64,000 bases of DNA from Candidatus Nealsonbacteria bacterium (GCA_026396095.1 JAPLXK010000014.1:212-64211); one strand, 5' to 3'. Positions 34,736 to 44,461 are shown, numbered from the stretch's first letter. The notes: generated from the letters alone by a model not told the origin. Numbers and translations: made by a program.

Positions 34736-36748
34736 ATGCCTGAAATTAAGTTTTTTCGTAAAATATTTCAAAGAAAAAAAAAGCTTTACTGGATCTTAAG
34801 ATTTTTAAGCTCTGCTTTGTTGTTGCTCGTTATGGTTCCTTTTCTTGTTTTTATTTTTTACGCCAAAGACCTTCCCAGGCCGGAAAGTTTTACCGAAAAA
34901 CAATCCATCCAATCAACGAAAATTTTCGACAGGACGGGAAAGATTTTGCTTTATGAAATATATGGTGAAGAAAAAAGAACCTTGGTTCCTTTGAGTTCCA
35001 TACCGGAATATTTGAAGCAGGCGGTAATCGCAACCGAAGACAGTAATTTTTACAACAACATCGGAATCGATCCGAAAGGAATCTTGCGCTCGATTTTAAT
35101 CAACCTCAATATCAAGGAATCTGTTTACAGCGGATCGGCCGTCGGAGGATCGACCATTCCCCAGCAGCTGATAAGGTCCACCTTTTTGACCAATGAAAAA
35201 ACCATCCAAAGAAAAATAAGGGAAATAGTTCTTTCTTTGGAATTAAACAGGCGCTATCCGAAAGACCAGATCCTGGAATGGTATTTAAATCAGATTCCCT
35301 TCGGCTCAAACTCCTATGGGGTGGAAACGGCAAGCCAAACCTATTTCGGCAAGCCGGTCTCGGAGATATCCTTGCCCCAGGCAGCTGTTCTGGCGGCCCT
35401 GATACAGGCCCCTAGCCGCCTTTCCCCTTTCGGAGGGCACAAGGACGAGCTTTTAGCGAGAAAAGACTATGTTTTAAACAGGTTGGCGAGCGAAGGATTT
35501 ATAACCCAGGAAAAGGCTGAAGAAGCGCAGAAAGAAGAAATAAAATTTATTGAAAAGCCGATGCAGATCAAGGCTCCTTATTTTTCCTTATGGGTAAAAC
35601 AGCAGATAACTGACAGGTACGGAGAAGAGGCTCTGATGAAAGACGGATTAAAGGTTTACACTTCCTTGGATTGGGGCATCCAGCAATTGACTGAAAAAGC
35701 AACTAAAGACGGGGTAGAAAGAAATAAAAGTTATAATGCTTATAATGCCGGCGCGGTGGTAATCGATCCAAAAACCGGAGAGGTGCTGGCTATGACTGTC
35801 GGGACCGGAGACTATTACGCCGAACCTTATCCTAAAAATTGTACGGCCGGAGTTGATTGCCTGTTCGACCCGAGATTCAACGTGGTGGTGGGAACAAAAT
35901 CAAGCCCGGGCAGGCAGCCAGGCTCAGCTTTCAAGCCATTCATTTACGTTACAGCTTTTAAAAACGGATATGATGATAAAACAATAATAAATGATGAGTT
36001 GACCAGTTTCGGGATTTGGGGAGGAGAAGAATATGTTCCCCAAAATTACGACGGACTGTTCAGGGGCCCTGTTACTATCAGACAAGCCTTGTCCCAGTCA
36101 TTAAATGTCCCTGCGGTAAAAACTCTTATGAATCTTGCGGGGTTGCAGGAAAGCATCAAAACGGCGCAAAGTATGGGGATCACAACTCTGAATCCTCCAT
36201 ACGGTCCTGCAATTGTTTTGGGAGGATGGGAGGTAAAACTTTTGGACATGGCTTCCGCTTATGGAGTTTTTGCCACTGAAGGATTAAAAGTCCCCCCTGT
36301 TTCCATTTTAAAAATAGAAGACCAGGAAGGAAATATTGTTGAAGAAAATAAAAAAACCCCTGAAAGGGTTTTGGGGAAAGAAGAGTGCCGCTTGATTAAT
36401 GATATTTTATCGGACAACGTGGCTCGGACTCCCATGTTCGGGGCAACCTCTCATCTATATTTTGAAAACTATCAGGTGGCTGCCAAAACAGGCACGACCG
36501 ATAGTTTCAGGGATTGCTGGACAATAGGGTATGCTCCTTCGGTGGTTGTCGGAATTTGGGTCGGGAACAACAATAATGAGCCTATGATCAGAAGACAGCC
36601 CGCCGCCACTGTTGCCGGCCCGATATTCCATGAAATAATGGAAAAAATTCTTTCTAAATCTCCTGAAGAATATTTTACAAGGCCCGAAGGCGCTGCTCCG
36701 ATAATTATTCCTGACAACAACGCTACTCAGACAGCGCCCCAAATATAG
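34736..36748 (+). CDS. Class A penicillin-binding protein (glycosyltransferase + transpeptidase)
   Basis: GT51 motifs ATEDSNFYNNIGIDPKG and RKIREIVLSLELNRRY. Transpeptidase motifs SAFKPF (SxxK), SLN and KTGTT. Confidence 0.9.
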   Translation: MPEIKFFRKIFQRKKKLYWILRFLSSALLLLVMVPFLVFIFYAKDLPRPESFTEKQSIQSTKIFDRTGKILLYEIYGEEKRTLVPLSSIPEYLKQAVIATEDSNFYNNIGIDPKGILRSILINLNIKESVYSGSAVGGSTIPQQLIRSTFLTNEKTIQRKIREIVLSLELNRRYPKDQILEWYLNQIPFGSNSYGVETASQTYFGKPVSEISLPQAAVLAALIQAPSRLSPFGGHKDELLARKDYVLNRLASEGFITQEKAEEAQKEEIKFIEKPMQIKAPYFSLWVKQQITDRYGEEALMKDGLKVYTSLDWGIQQLTEKATKDGVERNKSYNAYNAGAVVIDPKTGEVLAMTVGTGDYYAEPYPKNCTAGVDCLFDPRFNVVVGTKSSPGRQPGSAFKPFIYVTAFKNGYDDKTIINDELTSFGIWGGEEYVPQNYDGLFRGPVTIRQALSQSLNVPAVKTLMNLAGLQESIKTAQSMGITTLNPPYGPAIVLGGWEVKLLDMASAYGVFATEGLKVPPVSILKIEDQEGNIVEENKKTPERVLGKEECRLINDILSDNVARTPMFGATSHLYFENYQVAAKTGTTDSFRDCWTIGYAPSVVVGIWVGNNNNEPMIRRQPAATVAGPIFHEIMEKILSKSPEEYFTRPEGAAPIIIPDNNATQTAPQI

Positions 36749-36750
36749 GG

Positions 36751-37929
36751 CTAGCTGGTTTTTATCGGCATTATCAAATAAAGGTAATTCTCGTCCTTTT
36801 TGGGCCTTAAAACTCCTGCCTTGTCTCCGCTGGTCAGCTCCAGAATTAACTCAGAGTCTTTTTCTTTTCCAGCCCCCTCCCGGCCGGAATTTTCTTTTTT
36901 TGAAACCATGCTCATTAGTCCGTCCAGTAAAAATTTATGGTTAAAAGAAATTTCGCAAGGCTTGCCCTCAACCTTGCAGTTTAAAACGCCGTAATGCTCT
37001 CCCACATCAACATTTTGACTGAACAGATTCAGTTGATTGTTTTTAGGATCAATTTTTAATTTTACCTCATTGATCTTGCTGCTAAAAAGAGAAGCTAGTT
37101 TAACCTGGCTGATAAGCTCGTTCGTGGAGACGGTAACTTTCGTGTCGTGCTTCTTGGGGATAATCTCTTGATAATTGGGGTACTCTCCTTCTATCAGCCG
37201 TGAAATAAGCTGAATTTGAGGGTGGGGAGTTTCAGAAAGAGGTGTTTCGAATAAGACCTGGTTGGGTGAAAAACAAATAGTCAGATCTCCTTCTTTTTCT
37301 CCAAATATATTAATGACTTCTTTGGCTGCCCTTTGGGGTAAAATTAAAGAATAGTCTTTTGAAATGCTAGATGAGGAAAAGTCTGCGTATAACTTTTTTT
37401 CCCCCAGCCTAAAGCTGTCTGTCGCAGCCATGGTAATCATATTTTTCTGAAACAAAAAGTATATTCCTGAAATTTCCGGCTTAAAGGAAGAATAGCTTGC
37501 GATATCAACAACACTGCTTAGGTTTTGACAAAAAAGCTTACTCGGCATTGTAATTTTTTCTTCATCTGAAATCTTGGGGATAATAGGAAAATCTTCTGGA
37601 TTAAATCCCTTAATCAGGGTTTGATAATTTTCACATTCTATTTTTAAAGATAAGTCTTTTATTTCCAAGTTTACTGGTTTATTTGGTAAAAAATTAACAA
37701 AACTTGATAAGATCCTGGAGGGAAGAGCTATTTTTCCTTCTTTTTCTGTTTTCACTAAAGACCACCAATTAATTCCTATTTCCAAATCTGTGGCCGTGAG
37801 GTTTAAAAAATTTTTCTCCACGGAAAGTAAGATATTATTCAATATCGGCAAGTTTAAAGATTTTCCTGAAACTCTTTCCACAACACTGATCCCTTCTTTT
37901 AATCTCTCTTTTAATATTATTGTTTTCAT
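36751..37929 (-). CDS. dnaN: DNA polymerase III beta sliding clamp
   Basis: 392 aa immediately downstream of dnaA. LNLTATDLEIG, MAATDSFRL and FNHKFLLD are clamp signatures. Confidence 0.85.
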   Translation of the reverse strand: MKTIILKERLKEGISVVERVSGKSLNLPILNNILLSVEKNFLNLTATDLEIGINWWSLVKTEKEGKIALPSRILSSFVNFLPNKPVNLEIKDLSLKIECENYQTLIKGFNPEDFPIIPKISDEEKITMPSKLFCQNLSSVVDIASYSSFKPEISGIYFLFQKNMITMAATDSFRLGEKKLYADFSSSSISKDYSLILPQRAAKEVINIFGEKEGDLTICFSPNQVLFETPLSETPHPQIQLISRLIEGEYPNYQEIIPKKHDTKVTVSTNELISQVKLASLFSSKINEVKLKIDPKNNQLNLFSQNVDVGEHYGVLNCKVEGKPCEISFNHKFLLDGLMSMVSKKENSGREGAGKEKDSELILELTSGDKAGVLRPKKDENYLYLIMPIKTS

Positions 37930-38063
37930 ATTATTATTGAATTACTACTTGTGTGGATAATTTTTATTTGAACCGACATTGTGCTTAAAATTGATAGTGG
38001 AAGTGAAAAAGCAAATAATGTTTAAAAGTTGTGGATAATAAAAAAGTATTATTTCTCCCCAGG
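37930..38063. promoter_or_regulatory. dnaA-dnaN spacer with two perfect DnaA boxes (candidate oriC element)
   Basis: TGTGGATAA occurs at 37952..37960 and 38030..38038 (reverse complement of TTATCCACA) in an AT-rich 134-bp spacer. Confidence 0.6.
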
Positions 38064-39413
38064 TTAAGCGACGGAAATCCTCTGCCTTATTAACTCGATT
38101 TCACTGGTAAGGTTTTCATTATTACCCATCTCTTCAGCAATTTTTTCACAAGAATAAATTGCCGTGGTGTGGTCTTTTCCTCCAAACCTTCTTCCGATAA
38201 AAGGATAGGAGCTTTTTAATATTTCTCTTAACAGAAACATTGCTATCTGGCGGGGCCTTACCACCTCCTTTTTTCTGGAAGTGGATAAAATCTCTTTTTC
38301 TTTCAGATCATAAAATTCTGCCACCGCCTGGATTATTTTTTTCGGATTAGCCACCTTATTGGGCGAAAGGAATAAGCTCTTGAGCAAAGACTTGGTCATT
38401 TCCAGGCTAGGAGCTTGGTTGTTTATCCTTTGGTAAGCAACTAGCCTGTTAAGAGCTCCTTCCAGCTCCCTTATATTCCTTTGTATGTTTGCGGCGACAT
38501 AGTCTAATATTTCTTCGGAAAAACCCACCCCTTTTTCCTGCCCTTTTGTTTTAAGGATCGCAACTCTTGTTTCGTAATCAGGGTATCCGATGTCTCCGGT
38601 CATCCCTCCCTCAAAGCGGGATCGCAACCTTTCGGCCAGAGCAGGAATTGCCTTGGGAGGCCTGTCGGAAGAAAGAATTATTTGTTTGTTGTTTTCATAT
38701 AAAGAATTGAAAGTATGGAAAAACTCTTCCTGGGTTTTTTCTTTTCCTGCCAGAAACTGGACATCATCTAAAATCAAAACATCAATTTCCCTGAGCTTAG
38801 CCTTGAAGTTTTCCATATCATGATTTTTAATCGAAGAGACAACTCCGGCGGTAAATTTTTCAGCAGGAATGTATTTTACTTTTTTCTGGGAAAAATTTTT
38901 AAGAACTACGTTTCCTATTGCCTGCAGGAGATGGGTTTTTCCGAGCCCTACGCCGCCGTAAATAAAAAGAGGATTGTAAACCAGGCCGGGCTTTTTTGAC
39001 ACAGCCCAAGCGGCGGCATGAGCAAGCTCATTGAAAGGACCGACAACAAAGTTTTCAAAAGTATATCTAGGATTAAGATTGGTGTCTTTGTTTACCTCAA
39101 ATTCTTCAAATTCCAGCTGCCCGGACAATGGCGAGGGAGCAGTAGCCCTCTTGAACGATCTTAGTTCGGTTTTTCCCACCGAATAATTAATTCCCTTGAT
39201 TTCTTTATCCAAGCCGTATAAAATTTTAAAAATATTTTTTCCGTATTTGTTTTCCAGCCATTCTTTGGCAAAAGAATTGGGAACAGAAATCACCACCTGC
39301 CCTTCTTTATGGGAAACGATTCCTGTGTCTTTAAACCATGTTGCAAAGTTAGCCTGAGAAATATTGAGTTGGATTTGGGCGAGAACTGCCTGCCAAAGCT
39401 CTTCTTTTATCAT
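38064..39413 (-). CDS. dnaA: Chromosomal replication initiator DnaA
   Basis: FIYGGVGLGKTHLLQAIGN, DVLILDDVQFL, and C-terminal HTH RQIAMFLLRE...GGKDHTTAIYSCEKI. Confidence 0.95.
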   Translation of the reverse strand: MIKEELWQAVLAQIQLNISQANFATWFKDTGIVSHKEGQVVISVPNSFAKEWLENKYGKNIFKILYGLDKEIKGINYSVGKTELRSFKRATAPSPLSGQLEFEEFEVNKDTNLNPRYTFENFVVGPFNELAHAAAWAVSKKPGLVYNPLFIYGGVGLGKTHLLQAIGNVVLKNFSQKKVKYIPAEKFTAGVVSSIKNHDMENFKAKLREIDVLILDDVQFLAGKEKTQEEFFHTFNSLYENNKQIILSSDRPPKAIPALAERLRSRFEGGMTGDIGYPDYETRVAILKTKGQEKGVGFSEEILDYVAANIQRNIRELEGALNRLVAYQRINNQAPSLEMTKSLLKSLFLSPNKVANPKKIIQAVAEFYDLKEKEILSTSRKKEVVRPRQIAMFLLREILKSSYPFIGRRFGGKDHTTAIYSCEKIAEEMGNNENLTSEIELIRQRISVA

Positions 39414-39559
39414 AATAAAATATTATATCATGAGCCAAACAATTGAGAAAATAAGACTAAAGATAATAATTTTGTTGATATCTTGGGGAAAAACTGTGAA
39501 TCTGCGCTGGAAAACAAGCTCCATTGAAAAAATATCTAACTTATTATAAGATTAATAAC

Positions 39560-39694
39560 ATGTCTATTACATACCACAAAAAAACAAGGAAAAGAAGCAG
39601 GACGCACGGCTTCAGGGCAAGAACCAAGACCACGGGAGGGAGGAAGGTTTTGGCCAGAAGGAGAACGAAAAAAAGACGGAAACTGACAGTTTAA
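39560..39694 (+). CDS. rpmH: 50S ribosomal protein L34
   Basis: Translates to [44 protein letters not shown]. Below the ORF-track size cutoff; found by hand. Confidence 0.9.
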   Translation: MSITYHKKTRKRSRTHGFRARTKTTGGRKVLARRRTKKRRKLTV

Positions 39695-39698
39695 GAAA

Positions 39699-40049
39699 AT
39701 GCTTCCTTTAAACAATCGGCTTAAAAAAACAGCGGATATCAGAAATGTTTTTAAACAAGGACATCTTTTCAAAGAAGGTTTTTTAATTTTCAAGACAGTA
39801 AAAAATGATTTGAAGAAAAGCCGTTTCGGATTTATAGTTTCCCAGAAGGTTTCCAAACAGGCGGTTGTCAGGAATAAAATCAAAAGAAGGATGAGAGGTT
39901 CGGTGATAAAAAAACTGAAAGAAATTAAAGTAGGAACAGACAATTTGTTTATCGCCCTGCCGGGATTGGCGAAAAAAGATTTTTTAAGTACAGAACAAGC
40001 GATCAACAGTCTTTTAAGAAAAGCCAACATGTTTTCCAATGAACAGTAA
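39699..40049 (+). CDS. rnpA: RNase P protein component
   Basis: FGFIVSQKVSKQAVVRNKIKRRMR (RNR motif region); position after rpmH. Confidence 0.85.
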   Translation: MLPLNNRLKKTADIRNVFKQGHLFKEGFLIFKTVKNDLKKSRFGFIVSQKVSKQAVVRNKIKRRMRGSVIKKLKEIKVGTDNLFIALPGLAKKDFLSTEQAINSLLRKANMFSNEQ

Positions 40050-40266
40050 ACAAAATTTTTCCCAAAAATTATTTATAGGAATGATAGGTTTTTACCAAAA
40101 ACTCTTGTCCCCCGGCTTGGGCAGAAATTGCCGTTTTTATCCCAGCTGTTCTTCTTATACAGCTTTAGCAATTGAAAAATACGGGACGATCAAGGGAATG
40201 ACAAAAAGTTTTTGGAGAATATTAAGATGCAACCCTTACAGCAAAGGAGGAATAAACTTACCCTAA
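40039..40266 (+). CDS. yidD: Membrane protein insertion efficiency factor YidD
   Basis: YQKLLSP...CRFYPSCSSYTALAIEKYG...RILRCNPYSKGG. Confidence 0.9.
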   Translation: MNSKQNFSQKLFIGMIGFYQKLLSPGLGRNCRFYPSCSSYTALAIEKYGTIKGMTKSFWRILRCNPYSKGGINLP

Positions 40267-40270
40267 AACA

Positions 40271-41002
40271 ATGAACTTTTTTATCCACGGGTTTACCGTT
40301 CTATTATACAATCCGCTATTCAATGCCCTGGTTTTACTTTATCTTTATCTGCCGGGCCGAGACTTCGGGGTAGCGGTGATTGTTCTAACGATTTTGATCA
40401 GAATCGTTCTTTATCCATTGATGGTAAAATCCCTTAAGTCTCAAAAAAATCTTTCCGAGTTGCAGCCTAAAATGCAAGAGATTCAGGAAAAGCATAAAAA
40501 TGACAAAGAAATGCAGACAAAAGAAATGATGGCTCTTTACCAGAGAGAAAAGATAAATCCTTTCGGCGGCTGCCTTCCTATCTTGCTCCAATTCCCAATT
40601 TTAATAGCCCTTTATCAGGTTTTTTGGAAAGGACTGGGTCCAAATACAATGCATCATCTGTATAGCTTTATTCCCAATCCGGGGACGATTAGCACCAGCT
40701 TTTTGGGACTGATCAATCTTACCGAGCCGAGCATTGTCTTGGCGGTTTTATCCGGAATTATTCAGTTTTTCCAAACAAAAACAATGACTCCTCAAAAGAA
40801 AAATGTCCAGGGCAAAAAAGACCAAATGTCCCAATTCTCTGATATAATGCAAAAAGAAATGCTTTATTTCTTTCCGATACTTACCGTTTTTATCCTTTGG
40901 AGACTGCCGTCAGCGATCGGTCTTTACTGGATAGTCACGGGACTATTTTCAATCTATCAGCAAATTTTGGTCAACAGGGAGACGAAATTAAAAACCATAT
41001 AA
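40271..41002 (+). CDS. yidC: Membrane insertase YidC (short form)
   Basis: AVIVLTILIRIVLYPL, LQPKMQEIQEKHKND, INPFGGCLPILLQFPI, and LYWIVTGLFSIYQQ. Confidence 0.85.
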   Translation: MNFFIHGFTVLLYNPLFNALVLLYLYLPGRDFGVAVIVLTILIRIVLYPLMVKSLKSQKNLSELQPKMQEIQEKHKNDKEMQTKEMMALYQREKINPFGGCLPILLQFPILIALYQVFWKGLGPNTMHHLYSFIPNPGTISTSFLGLINLTEPSIVLAVLSGIIQFFQTKTMTPQKKNVQGKKDQMSQFSDIMQKEMLYFFPILTVFILWRLPSAIGLYWIVTGLFSIYQQILVNRETKLKTI

Positions 41003-41015
41003 TTAATAAATTAAA

Positions 41016-41477
41016 ATGCTTAGCCAGGAAACAATAAATAAAATAAAAGAAACAGTTAACGAATTTTTTCAGAAAACAACCCTGGATGTTGCAATAGAAT
41101 TTTTGCCGGAGAAAGAAGGAACAATGCCAATCAACGTTAAAAGCGAAGAGCCCCAGATTTTAATAGGAGAAGGAGGACAGACCTTAATTGAAATTCAGAG
41201 ACTTCTGAAGTTGTCGCTGAAAAAGAAAATCAGCGAAGATTTTTATATTGATTTGGATATTAACGACTACAAGAAGAAAAAAATAGAATATCTTAAAGAA
41301 ATGGCAAAGTCCGAAGCAGACGAAGTTTCTCTTACCAAAATAGAAAAAGAGCTGGCGCCCATGCCAGCATACGAACGAAGAATTATTCACTTGGAGCTTC
41401 TTAACAGAAGCGACGTTGTCGGAGAGAGCGTTGGAGAGGATCAGGAAAGAAGAATAGTTATCAAACTCAAGCCCTAG
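41016..41477 (+). CDS. jag: Jag/KhpB-like RNA-binding protein (KH + R3H)
   Basis: Position after yidC. R3H segment MPAYERRIIHLEL. Confidence 0.75.
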   Translation: MLSQETINKIKETVNEFFQKTTLDVAIEFLPEKEGTMPINVKSEEPQILIGEGGQTLIEIQRLLKLSLKKKISEDFYIDLDINDYKKKKIEYLKEMAKSEADEVSLTKIEKELAPMPAYERRIIHLELLNRSDVVGESVGEDQERRIVIKLKP

Positions 41478-41500
41478 CTAAAGAAAAATTAAATAAATAA

Positions 41501-43294
41501 TTATTGCAAGCCAGCCCGTCTGGCTTTTCTTATTTTCAAAACTTCTTCCGGAGATGTCGTAATGAACTGGTCTTCGGTATAAGAAGCGATAACCTTGATG
41601 GCAACGTGTTTCTGTCCGGCGAAGAAGATGCCCTCTCCCACTTCTGACTCCAAAAGAAGATATTTTTCTTCATCTGTCAGATTAAAAATTCTTTGAACAC
41701 TCTCCATTGTCGCAGAAGACTGCTTCATAAGAAATTGAAGAGAAGAATTGGTGATGATCGGTTTTCCGTATTCTGATTTCATGAAATCATCAACGTCTTG
41801 CGTTATAGTGGTTACCCCCAGCCAGTATTTCCTTGCTCTTTTGCACATCCCGAAAAGGAAAGAAGCCCCGTCTTCGGTCTTCATTATCCACCAAGCCTCA
41901 TCAACCACCAGGATTCTTTTTTTCAGCTCTGATTTGACCCTGTTCCAGATGAATCTCATGATAATGAACATTGCCATGGGCCTCAGCTCGTCTTCCATGT
42001 CTCTTATCCCAAAAACCACCAAGGGTTTATCCATTGAAACATTGGTAGGCTGGTTGAAAAAGCTTCCAAAAGTTCCTTTTGTGAACTTTCTCACCCTTAT
42101 AACCAAAGATTCTCCCCCCTCCATTGTTCCCAGAACAGATTCAAAATCAGACATCAAGGGAATTTTTTCCGCCCAGCTGTTGGGATCTGTTTCCGGGGTA
42201 ATGTCTTTTGCCGCATAGGTTTCAGTTAAAGCCCTGTCAATAATCGCATCCTCTTCAGGGGTTAATCCACCGAGCATGATCCTTAAAAGGCTGACCAAGT
42301 TGATGACGTTGGACCTCAGGACATCTTCCTGTCTTTCGTCTTCTCTCGGTTTGGGCAAATCAAAAGGATTGATATGGCTTTGGGAAGCCAAAGACATATT
42401 GAAAAAAGCCCCTCCGGCAGTTTCAGCCAAGAACTGATACTCGTTTTCCGGGTCCACGACAATAACATCAACCCCCAGCATCAAAGAGCGGAGGATTTCC
42501 AGCTTTACGGCATATGATTTTCCGCTGCCGCTTTTTGCAAAAATGGTGAAATTAGCGTTTTCCAAGCTGAAACGGTCAAACAAGACCAAAGAATTATTAT
42601 GAAGGTTTATTCCATAGAGGATTCCTTCATTAGAGCTTAAATCAAAAGAAACAAAAGGAAAGGTGCTGGAAAAGGGCAGGGTGCTCATGGGAGTATGAAC
42701 GCCCAATTGGTCCAAGCCGTAAGGAGCGGTGGAATTAAACCCTTCTTTTTGCTGGTAAAGAGCCGGTTTTATATAAATCAATCTTGATTCCAAGATAGAT
42801 CTTAATGTGTTTTCTATATCTTTTATCTCCTTCATCTCATCTCCGTAAACAGTGAGATAAAGCCCGAACTTGAACATTCTCTCCTGGGCGGTCTGGAGCC
42901 TGTCTCTTAACCCTTCCAGATCGTGAAAAGCGACTTCCAGCGCCGGGTCGCGGATCAAACCCTTGTCTCCTCTTTCCATGAGCTCCGCCTGGACCTCAGT
43001 CACTCTTTTTCTTAATTGTTTTAAAATCAGCCCTGTTTCAACGGGATGGATATGAAAACTTATATCCATGGGGGTGCTCAGATTGATGATCGGAGCAAAC
43101 CAGGAAGTGGAGAGATATCTCGGATAGGAAAAGATAAAAAAGGATTTGGCATATCTGTTCCCCAGCTTTATATTGTCAGGAGTAACAAAAATGGCAGCAG
43201 GAGCGATAATGTCTTTTGCTTCAATGGCAGGAGTTTCAAATATTTTTTCTCCCAGATGTCCGGTTAATTTCTTTTTAAAAAAAGGTAATTGCAT
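41501..43294 (-). CDS. VirB4/TrbE-like type IV secretion ATPase (C-terminal motor part)
   Basis: Walker A FAKSGSGKSYAVK, Walker B RILVVDEAWW, and TTITQDVDDF. 597 aa. Confidence 0.8.
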   Translation of the reverse strand: MQLPFFKKKLTGHLGEKIFETPAIEAKDIIAPAAIFVTPDNIKLGNRYAKSFFIFSYPRYLSTSWFAPIINLSTPMDISFHIHPVETGLILKQLRKRVTEVQAELMERGDKGLIRDPALEVAFHDLEGLRDRLQTAQERMFKFGLYLTVYGDEMKEIKDIENTLRSILESRLIYIKPALYQQKEGFNSTAPYGLDQLGVHTPMSTLPFSSTFPFVSFDLSSNEGILYGINLHNNSLVLFDRFSLENANFTIFAKSGSGKSYAVKLEILRSLMLGVDVIVVDPENEYQFLAETAGGAFFNMSLASQSHINPFDLPKPREDERQEDVLRSNVINLVSLLRIMLGGLTPEEDAIIDRALTETYAAKDITPETDPNSWAEKIPLMSDFESVLGTMEGGESLVIRVRKFTKGTFGSFFNQPTNVSMDKPLVVFGIRDMEDELRPMAMFIIMRFIWNRVKSELKKRILVVDEAWWIMKTEDGASFLFGMCKRARKYWLGVTTITQDVDDFMKSEYGKPIITNSSLQFLMKQSSATMESVQRIFNLTDEEKYLLLESEVGEGIFFAGQKHVAIKVIASYTEDQFITTSPEEVLKIRKARRAGLQ

Positions 43295-43299
43295 ATATA

Positions 43300-43941
43300 T
43301 TAATGGGTAAGTTCAGGAGGAAGTTCAGGGTAATATCCCACTTCCGCCTCTTCCGGGTGGTACAAGCTCCAAAAGAGCTCGATTAATTCTGAGGTATTCA
43401 AGGGAACGCATTGCAGCCCGCATCTTTTAAGCCCCATAGTAACAAATTCCATTCTTTGCCAAAGCTGTGCCTTGGCTCTTTGGAACTGTTCTTCCGTCTG
43501 AGGCTGTTCTTGATTTTTTCTGGTTGGATCCTTTTTTTGCTGAAAGCCGGGAACTTCAATCAAGGTGAAGGGAATTACGACGAAAAACGTTTTAGAGAGA
43601 ATTTGGCCTCCGGCGACAAGGCTTTCTATAAACTTCCTGTATTCTCCGGTCTGGATCTTGAGCAGTTCGTTTTCTTGATTTTTTTCCAATTCTTTCAGCT
43701 TATCCAAATAGCCCGTGATATTAACCAGCCTTGACTGGATGACGATTTCTAAAGAAAAATCCAGAGAGTTTAAAAAGTTTTGGAACTGATAGATGATCGC
43801 TTCCTGCTCATCGCCTGACTTCAAAGCAAAATTCAGGGAAGAAACCATGATAACTCCTCTTAAGGAGTGGTTTTTTAAAAGCAAAACTCCTTCTCTGACT
43901 TGGTCGATCTCTAGAAATTGTTGAGTAGAGGCATTAGCCAT
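43300..43941 (-). CDS. VirB4 N-terminal-domain-like protein (separate ORF)
   Basis: FLEIDQVREGVLLLKNHSLRGVIMVSSLNFALKSGDEQEAIIYQFQNFLNSL resembles the N-terminal domain of Gram-positive VirB4 proteins. Its stop lies 5 nt before the ATPase ATG. 213 + 597 aa sums to a normal VirB4 length. Confidence 0.5.
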   Translation of the reverse strand: MANASTQQFLEIDQVREGVLLLKNHSLRGVIMVSSLNFALKSGDEQEAIIYQFQNFLNSLDFSLEIVIQSRLVNITGYLDKLKELEKNQENELLKIQTGEYRKFIESLVAGGQILSKTFFVVIPFTLIEVPGFQQKKDPTRKNQEQPQTEEQFQRAKAQLWQRMEFVTMGLKRCGLQCVPLNTSELIELFWSLYHPEEAEVGYYPELPPELTH

Positions 43942-43942
43942 T

Positions 43943-44362
43943 TTATGTTTTTATTTCAATCTTGGTTTTTATTTTTTTCAATTGGCTGTTTTCGGCTATT
44001 CCCAAAGAAACCCCCCGTACGTCGCTTTCTTTATCTTTTTCCAACTCTTTTTTCATCTCGCTTTTCACATACATTATGGGAGCTTCTTTTTTCTTCCAGA
44101 CATACATTTTGGCGCCCATGCTGAACTTAAAAAAGCTCATTAAAATAATGGGCACAGGCCTTCCGCCGACTTTCAAAAGGGCAAGAACAAAAGCAACTGG
44201 CATTACGATTGCAAGGACAAAGAGAAAAACGACAAAGGGAAGAATGAAATAAAGAACGAAGCAAACAGCGGTAGTCATTCCGATAAAAACAAACTGGCCG
44301 AAAGTAAAAGGGCCGACTATCTTTGTTTCGTATTCAATGAATTGAGGAACGGTATATTTCAT
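43943..44362 (-). CDS. PrgI/VirB3-like small membrane protein
   Basis: MKYTVPQFIEYETKIVGPFTFGQFVFIG followed by two TM helices. Lies directly upstream of the VirB4 ORFs (1-nt gap). Confidence 0.55.
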   Translation of the reverse strand: MKYTVPQFIEYETKIVGPFTFGQFVFIGMTTAVCFVLYFILPFVVFLFVLAIVMPVAFVLALLKVGGRPVPIILMSFFKFSMGAKMYVWKKKEAPIMYVKSEMKKELEKDKESDVRGVSLGIAENSQLKKIKTKIEIKT

Positions 44363-44432
44363 CTAGGTTATCTTTATGAAATTATATCACAAAAGAAAAC
44401 AATAAAATAGTTTTTAGCTGACGGATTGCGAT

Positions 44433-44461
44433 TTGACAAAAGCTAAAAAGTGTTGTATAAA
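44433..44461 (+). promoter_or_regulatory. Sigma70-like promoter TTGACA-N17-TATAAA
   Basis: Located in the divergent spacer between the PrgI-like and SPFH-like genes. Confidence 0.4.

Noticed and set aside
39536-40039. 167-aa minus-strand ORF
   Set aside because: It is antisense to the clearly recognisable rpmH and rnpA genes and has a low-complexity translation.
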